The position numbers were made by a program, and so were the translations under genes. The notes under the pieces are model-generated. The model made no database searches. It was not told where the DNA came from and saw nothing but the letters and a program-made list of their open reading frames with translations. Below, in pieces: positions 55,845 through 64,000 of a stretch of 64,000 nt of DNA (position 1 is the stretch's first letter; each line of letters opens with the position of its first letter). This DNA comes from Eledone cirrhosa (lineage: Eukaryota): assembly GCA_964016885.1 (NCBI GenBank), contig OZ024741.1, forward strand, positions 248,248,001-248,312,000. The letters run 5' to 3'.

Positions 55845-55963
55845 TATATATATATATACATATATTAAATATATATATATATATATATTAAATATATATA
55901 TATATATATTAAATATATATATATATATATATATATTAAATATATATATATATATATATATAT

Positions 55964-56032
<69 letters not shown>

Positions 56033-56231
56033 CACTTTCATGTTACACACTATATATAAACTGGGATTTATATTTTGCGTTAGTGCCATATTAAGCTGAC
56101 AACGATATATTCGTATCTTAAAAAATATTTTTTTTAGATCACGTTGTTCTAGATATTATTAAAATTATTAAATCTATTTTCAATTTGCACGAACACTTGC
56201 ATATACTACATACATACATTTATATAGACAC

Positions 56232-56625
56232 TAACACAAATATTAGCATATACATAATTTCTTAGTCATTGAGGATGTGTTTTTATACATACATATGCAT
56301 ATTGCATACATACATACATACACACATACAAGCATATACATAGACATACACACACACATATATACACACACTGTATATATATATATACATACACACACAC
56401 ACACATATATATATACACACACACACTATATATATATATAGTGTGTGGTGTATATATATATATGTGTGTGTGTGTATGTATATATATACAGTGTGTGTAT
56501 ATATATGTGTGTGTATGTGTATGTATATGCTTGTATGTGTGTATGTATGGATGCAATATGCATATGTATGTATAAAAAACACATCCTCAATTACTAAGAA
56601 AATATGTATATGCTAATATTTGTGT

Positions 56626-56627
<2 letters not shown>
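56232..56627. repeat. Quasi-palindrome, copy 4
   Basis: Same arms as 38,111-38,504. Confidence 0.93.
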
Positions 56628-56657
<30 letters not shown>

Positions 56658-56722
56658 CGCACACACTATATATATATATATATATACATACACACTATAT
56701 ATATATATATATACACACACAC

Positions 56723-56761
<39 letters not shown>

Positions 56762-59700
56762 TATATATATATAAATCCCATTAAAAACCACATTAAAAAT
56801 TCAATTAAAAATCTATTTTGAAAAACCCATTAAAAACCCCATTATAAGCTCATAAAACACTCCATTAAAACCCCAACCAAACCCCCCATTAAAACACAAT
56901 TAAAAATCATTAAGAATGCCAATAAAAGCGCCATTAAAAACCACATTGGAAACCCATAAAAACCCAATTAAAACAAAATTAAAGTTTCCATTAAAAGTCC
57001 CCATTAAAACTCCATTAAAACCCCCATTAAACCCCCCCTCGAAAAGACAGTAAAACCTCAAATTTAAACCGAAATAAAAACTCAATAAAAACGCAATTAA
57101 AAACTCAATTAAAACACCATTAAAAACAGAATTAAAAGCCCATTAAACCAATTAAAATTGCATTAACACACCACTAAGGTTCCATTGGAAAACCATTAAA
57201 AATGTCATTAAAAACTACACTGAAAACCCATTAAACCCCCATTAAAAGCACACCCAAAACTTTATAAAAAACCAAATAAAAACCCCATTAAAATACCATT
57301 AAAACGGCATAAAACACCATTAAAACTACATTAAAACTCAATTAAAAATTCCATTTAAATCTCCATTATAAACTCAATTAAAACTCCATTAAAACTCAAT
57401 TAAAAACTCCATTAAAAACACACACACATGAAGTTACATGCTGGCTTGCACACTTATAGCGATTGCTATTTCCTTTTAATTTCATTAAAACTAGGATGTT
57501 TTAGAAAGATAAAAACAAAACTGAATAATGAAGAGACTAGGGAGGGGTAAAGAAAGGCAGATCAGGCTGTAGAGGACAGTAGGGGGAGAAGAGGGAAGAG
57601 ACTTGGGAGGGGTAAAGAAAGGCAGATCTGGCTGTAGAGGACAGTAGGGGAGAAGAGGGAGAAATAAACTAAATTATAAACTAAGTTATAAACTAAATTA
57701 TAAACTAAATTAAAAACTCAATAAAATAAAATAAAATAAAATAAAATAAAATAAAATAAAATAAAATAAAATAAAATAAAATAAAATAAAATAAAATAAA
57801 ATAAAATAAAATAAAATAAAATAAAAAATAAAATAAAATAAAATAAAATAAAATAAAATAAAATAAAATAAAATAAAATAAAATAAAAAAAATAAAATAA
57901 AATAAAATAAAAAAAACTAAAAAATATAAATAAAATAAAATAAAATAAATAAAATAAAATAAAATAAAATAAAATAAAATAAAATAAAATAAATAAAAAT
58001 AAAATAAAATAAAAAAAAATAAAAAAAAATTAAATATAAAAAATAAATAAAATAAAATAAAATAAGAACTCAATTAAAAACTCAGTAAAAACTCAATTAA
58101 AAACTCAATTAAAAACTCAATCGAAGCACCATTAAAACACCATTAAAAACTCCACTATAAACCCACTAAACCCATTAAAAACCAATTAAAAATTCAATTA
58201 CACATCTCATTAGAAATTTCATTAAAAACTCAATTAAAAGTTCCATTGAAAACACATTCAAAACCCATTAACCCCATATTAAAAGTTCATAAAACTCTAT
58301 TAAAAACCCAATAACAAACCAATTAAAACGCCATTAAAACGCCACAAAACACAATAAAATGTCATAAAAACGCCATTAAAACATCACAAAAAGCCCAATT
58401 AAAAAACCATTAATAATGTCATTAAAAATTCCATAAAAATCCATTAAAAACTCCACTAAAAGCCCATTAAAAAGTTCATTAAAAGCCATATTATAAATTT
58501 CATAAAAAACAATTGAAAACCCCATTATTTATGAGCCTTTTTTAATGAGTTTTTAATAGTGTTTTAATTCAGTTTTTAATTGCGTTTAAAATTGGGTTTT
58601 AATGGCTTTTTAATGGTGTTTTAATGGGATTTTCGATGGTGTTTAATGGGTTTTTTATGGAGTTTTTAATTGGGTTTTCAATGGTGTTGTTTATGAGTTT
58701 TTAAATGGGTTTTTAATGGAATTTTTGATTGCGTTTTTAATGAAATTTTTAATAGATTCGAGGATGTTTTAATGGAGTTTTTAATGGTCTTTTTAATGGC
58801 GTTTTAATTGTGTTTTTATGGTGTTTAAATGCGTTTTAATGATTTTTAATTGGGCTTTTAATGGAGTATTTTTAATGAGCTCTTAATGGATTTTTCAATT
58901 GGATACTTAATGGGTTTTAATGGAATTTATAATAAGGGTTCTAATTGACTTTAAATATGATTTTTAATGGAGTTTTTAATGAAATTTCTAATGGTGTTTT
59001 TAATTGCGTTTCCCCCCGTGAGGGTTTTAATGGCATTTTAAATGACATTTTAATGAGTTTTTATGATGTTTTAATGGCGTTGTAATTGTTTTTTATTGGG
59101 TTTTTAATATAATTTTGTATGAGCTTTTAATGGGGGTTTTCAATGTTGTTTTTAATGGAGTGTTTAATGGAATTTTAATGGGGGTTTGATGAAAAAAATT
59201 AATTGCTTTTTAATTTAATTTTTAATGCGTTTTTGATGGTGTTTAAGTGCGTTCATGATGATCTTTTTAATGGATTTTTAATGGGGTTTTAATTGAATTT
59301 TTAATGGCGTTTTCAATGTAATTTTTAATGATAGTTTAATGGTGTTTTAATGACGTTTTAATTGTGTTTTTTATGGTGTTTTAGTGACGTTTAAATAGGA
59401 TTTTTAATTGGTTTTTTAATTGAGTATTTATATGAGTTTTCACTGGTGTTTTTAATGGGTTTTTCAATATTGCATTTAATGAAATTTTTAATATGGTTTC
59501 AAATGGAATTTTTAATGTGTTTTTAATTGGGTTTCTAGTGACGTTTTTAATGGTACTTTAAATGACGTTTTAATGACTTTTATGGCGTTTTAATGGGTTT
59601 TTTAATTGGGTTTTTAATGTAGTTTTTTAAAAGATCTTTACTTGGGATTTTATGGGTTTTCAATGCGGTTTTTAATGGTATATTAATGGAGTTTTTGGTG

Positions 59701-61919
59701 TGGTTGTTAATGGTATTAGTGACATTTTAATGTGTTTTTAATGGTGTTTTAAGCGAGTTTCTGATTTAGTTTAAATTTAAATATTTGATGGTCCTTCTAA
59801 TGGGCTTTAATGGATGTGTAATGTGTTTAATGCAATTTTAATGGGGTTTAATGGGGGTAGTAGGTTTCAATGTGTTTTAATGGAGTTTTAATGGCTAGTG
59901 CTCTTTTTTTAGAGTTTTTAATGGTGTTTTTAATGGTTTTTCATTGAGCTTTTAATTGCGATTTTAATTGCGTTTTTAATCTAGTTTAAAAATTGAGTTT
60001 TAATGGGTTTTTCAATTAGGTTTTTAATGGATTTATAATGGTGTTTTTTACGGATCCTTTAATTTTTTATAATGGGTTTTCAATGCCGTTTTAATGGTGT
60101 TTTTTAATGGTATCCTTAATGACGCTTCGATAAGTTTCAATGTTATTTTAATGGGGTTTTGATTGATTTTTTAATGGAGTTTTTTTAATGAACTTTTATT
60201 GGGGTTTTCAATCAGGTTTTTAACTGAATTTTTAATGTTTTTCAATTAGATTTTTATGGAGTTTTTATGGGCTTTTTAATGAGTTTTTAATGGTGTGCTA
60301 ATTGAGTTTTCAATTACCTTTTTAATTGAGTATAAAATCGAGTTTTTACTAAGTTTTTAATGAATTTTTAATGGAATTTTAATGGGGGTTTCCAATGGAC
60401 TTTTAATTGTGTTTTAATGGGGTTTTAAAATTGGTTTTTAGTTGCATTTTTCAGGGGCTTTTAATGGGGCTTAATGGGGGTTTAATGGGGGATTTAATTG
60501 AGTTTTTAATGGAGTTTAATAGAGTTTATAATGGAGGTTTTAATGGAGTTTTTAATGAAGTTTTAATGTAGTTTTTAATGAGGTTTTTAATGACGATTTT
60601 AATGGCGTTCTTAATGGCGTTTTAATGGTATTTTATGGCATTTTAATGACGGTTGTAATGGTTTTTAATGGAGTGTTAATTGGTTATTAATTGTATTTTA
60701 ATGGGTTTTATGAGCTTTTTAATGGGCTTTTTAGTGATGTTTTTAATGGAGTTTTTAATGGGTCTTTTAATGGAATTTGCAATGTATTTTTTAATGGTGT
60801 TTTCAATTGTATTTTTAATGACGTTTTAATGGTGTTTTTTATGGCGTTTTAATAGGATTTTTAATTGGTTTTTAAAGGACTATTATTATGGTTTTTTTAT
60901 GTAATTTTATAATGGGATTTTCAGTAGGGTTTTTAATTGGATTTTTAATGGAGTTTATAATATGGTTTTTAATTGGATTTTTAAAGAATTTATAATTGCG
61001 GTTTTAATATAGTGTTTAATGGAGTATTTAATTGGTTTTTAATGGTAATTTTAATGGAGTGTTTAATGTGTTTTTAATGGGGGAGGAGGGGGGTAAAATG
61101 CAGTTTTTAATTGAGTTATCAATGGAGTTTTTAATGACATTTTTAATGACGTTTTAATAGCGTTTTATGACGTTTTAATGACGTTTTAATGGTTTTTTTA
61201 TTGGGTTTTGGAGTTTTTATGAGCTTCTAATTAGGTTTTAAATGGGGTTTTCAATGAGGTTTTTAGTGGAATTTTAATGGGCCTTTAATGTATTTTTAAT
61301 GGGATTTTAATGTTTTTATGGCGTTTTTAATGGTATTGTAAATGCTGTTTTAATGTTTCTTTTATGGCCTTTTAATTGGGTTTTTGATTGAGTTTTTAAT
61401 GGATTTTTTTAACGAGAATTATGAAGTTTAATGGGTTTCCAGTGTGTTTTAAATGAAGTTTTTGATAATATTTTTAATGGAATTTTAATGGCGGTTATGG
61501 GATTTTAATGGGTTCTGGTGGTATTTTTGTGGGTTTAATGGGGTGTTAAATGGTTTTAGTGTTGTTTTACTTGCGCTTTCGATTACGTTTACAATTAAGT
61601 TTTTACTGTTTTTAATTGGATTTTTAATGGATTTTAATGTGGTTTTTAATGGAATTTTAATGGTGTTTTAATATAGTTTTTAATGGGTTTCGGATGTAGC
61701 TTTTAATGGTGGTTTAGTGTGCTTTTTATTGGGTTTTTAATGAGTTTTTATGAGCTTTTCAATGGAGTTTTAATGGTGTTTTATATATATATATATATAC
61801 ATACATATATATGTATATATATATATTTACACATATATATGTGTATATATATATGTGTATATATATATTTACACATATATATGTGTATACATATATTTAC
61901 ACATATATATGTGTATTAA

Positions 61920-61952
<33 letters not shown>

Positions 61953-62140
61953 TTAAATATATATATATATATATATATATATTAAATATATATATATATA
62001 TATATATATTAAATATATATATATATATATATATATATTAAATATATATATATATATATATATATTAAATATATATATATATATATATTAAATATATATA
62101 TATATATATATATATATTAAATATATATATATATATATAT

Positions 62141-62183
<43 letters not shown>

Positions 62184-62382
62184 CACTTTCATGTTACACA
62201 CTATATATAAACTGGGATTTATATTTTGCGTTAGTGCCATATTAAGCTGACAACGATATATTCGTATCTTAAAAAATATTTTTTTTAGATCACATTGTTC
62301 TAGATATTATTAAAATTATTAAATCTATTTTCAATTTGCACGAACACTTGCATATACTACATACATACATTTATATAGACAC

Positions 62383-62776
62383 TAACACAAATATTAGCAT
62401 ATACATAATTTCTTAGTCATTGAGGATGTGTTTTTATACATACATATGCATATTGCATACATACATACATACACACATACAAGCATATACATAGACATAC
62501 ACACACACATATATACACACACTGTATATATATATATACATACACACACACACACATATATATATACACACACACACTATATATATATATAGTGTGTGGT
62601 GTATATATATATATGTGTGTGTGTGTATGTATATATATACAGTGTGTGTATATATATGTGTGTGTATGTCTATGTATATGCTTGTATGTGTGTATATATG
62701 TATGTATGCAATATGCATATGTATGTATAAAAACACATCCTCAATGACTAAGAAATTATGTATATGCTAATATTTG
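62383..62776. repeat. Palindrome, copy 5, with the right arm converted to left-arm sequence and truncated by ~5 bp
   Basis: The right arm reads tatgtCtatg, gtatgTatgcaat, tcaatGactaagaaaTtatg, which is the reverse complement of the left arm, unlike the other copies. Confidence 0.85.
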
Positions 62777-63042
62777 GGTTTCGGATGTAGCTTTTAATGG
62801 TGGTTTAGTGTGCTTTTTATTGGGTTTTTAATGAGTTTTTATGAGCTTTTCAATGGAGTTTTTAATGGTGTTTATATATATATATATACATACATACATA
62901 TATATGTATATATATATATTTACACATATATATGTGTATATATATATGTGTATATATATATTTACACATATATATGTGTATATATATATTTACACATATA
63001 TATGTGTATTAAATATATATATATATATATATATACATATAT

Positions 63043-63108
<66 letters not shown>

Positions 63109-63183
63109 TATATATATATATATATATATTAAATATATATATATATATATATATATTAAATATATATATATATATATATATAT

Positions 63184-63218
<35 letters not shown>

Positions 63219-63241
63219 TATATATATATATATATATATAT

Positions 63242-63280
<39 letters not shown>

Positions 63281-63866
63281 CACTTTCATGTTACACACTA
63301 TATATAAACTGGGATTTATATTTTGCGTTAGTGCCATATTAATCTGACAACGATATATTCGTATCTTAAAAAATATTTTTTTTAGATCACATTGTTCTAG
63401 ATATTAAAATTATTAAATCTATTTTCAATTTGCACGAACACTTGCATATACTACATACATACATTTATATAGACACTAACACAAATATTAGCATATACAT
63501 AATTTCTTAGTCATTGAGGATGTGTTTTTATATATGCATATTGCATACATACATACATACACACATACAAGCATATACATAGACATACACACACACATAT
63601 ATACACACACTGTATATATATATATACATACACACACACACACATATATATATACACACACACACTATATATATATATAGTGTGTGGTGTATATATATAT
63701 ATGTGTGTGTGTGTATGTATATATATACAGTGTGTGTATATATATGTGTGTGTATGTGTATGTATATGCTTGTATGTGTGTATGTATGGATGCAATATGC
63801 ATATGTATGTATAAAAAACACATCCTCAATTACTAAGAAAATATGTATATGCTAATATTTGTGTTA
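62775..63866 (+). repeat. ~1.09 kb tandem duplication of ~61,684-62,776 (end of T block, (TA)n, island, palindrome copy 6 at 63,477-63,866)
   Basis: tgggtttcggatgtagc occurs at 61,684 and 62,775; the island anchor occurs at 62,183 and 63,280. Confidence 0.88.
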
Positions 63867-63884
63867 TATATATATATATATGTA

Positions 63885-64000
63885 TAACACAAATATTAGC
63901 ATATACATATTTTCTTAGTAATTGAGGATGTGTTTTTTTATACATACATATGCATATTGCATCCATACATACACACATACAAGCATATACATACACATAC
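63885..64000 (-). repeat. Fold-back: inverted copy of the immediately preceding right palindrome arm; runs off the window
   Basis: atttgtgttatatatatatatatatgtataacacaaat, then catattttcttagtaattgagg and gcatccatac, which are right-arm-specific variants in reverse complement. Confidence 0.85.

Larger units (their letters stand above)
36019..62776 (+). repeat. ~6.0-6.15 kb macrosatellite, about 4.4 head-to-tail units
   Basis: The anchor ccactttcatgttacac occurs at 37,911, 43,971, 49,983, 56,032 and 62,183 (periods 6,060, 6,012, 6,049, 6,151). Module order is identical in each unit. Confidence 0.96.

Noticed and set aside
60800-61800. Cluster of single-base homopolymer shortenings in the last unit
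   Set aside because: Likely lower consensus accuracy rather than biology. It also cautions that the nearby 62.8-64 kb rearrangements need read-level confirmation.
36019-62776. rDNA, histone or snRNA tandem gene unit suggested by the ~6 kb period
   Set aside because: No rRNA, 5S, tRNA, snRNA or histone sequence is recognisable, and non-repetitive sequence totals under ~0.6 kb per unit.
35667-63821. YI/HT/CV-rich, FILFY and MGFQCVLNE/MPIKAPLK ORFs
   Set aside because: These are translations of (TA)n, (CA)n, (TTTTA)n and the 10-11 bp repeat, and frames are not conserved between units.
35230-64000. Autonomous transposon or mitochondrial control region
   Set aside because: No transposase, RT or Rep/helicase coding sequence, and no flanking mitochondrial genes or tRNAs.

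Overview
This window is entirely non-coding, eukaryote-like repetitive DNA in two parts. (1) 1-~35,233 is a single-orientation satellite of ~25-28 bp monomers sharing the core AAATTATCTCCCC. A GC-rich monomer (GACGGCTGGAAATTATCTCCCCTTG) and a poly-T monomer (AT7-11ACAAATTATCTCCCCCTG) alternate in runs, with a stereotyped transition monomer between them. Nested kb-scale duplications are superimposed (offsets of about 545, 961, 1223, 2.5k, 3151, 4.1k, 20.3k and 23.5k bp). (2) ~35,230-64,000 is an AT-rich ~6.0-6.15 kb macrosatellite of about 4.4 units. Each unit contains ~10-11 bp periodic TTTTAATGG / CCATTAAAA blocks in opposite orientations, (TA)n and (AAAAT)n tracts, two short non-repetitive islands and a ~395 bp quasi-palindrome. 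All three large rearrangements seen in part 2 involve that palindrome: an inverted segment at the satellite junction, an arm conversion plus 1.1 kb duplication near 62.8 kb, and a fold-back at 63.9 kb. No credible protein-coding gene, RNA gene, CRISPR array or autonomous transposon is seen, and all listed ORFs are repeat artefacts. Offsets were read by eye and from the ORF track, not from an alignment, and the organism cannot be determined.
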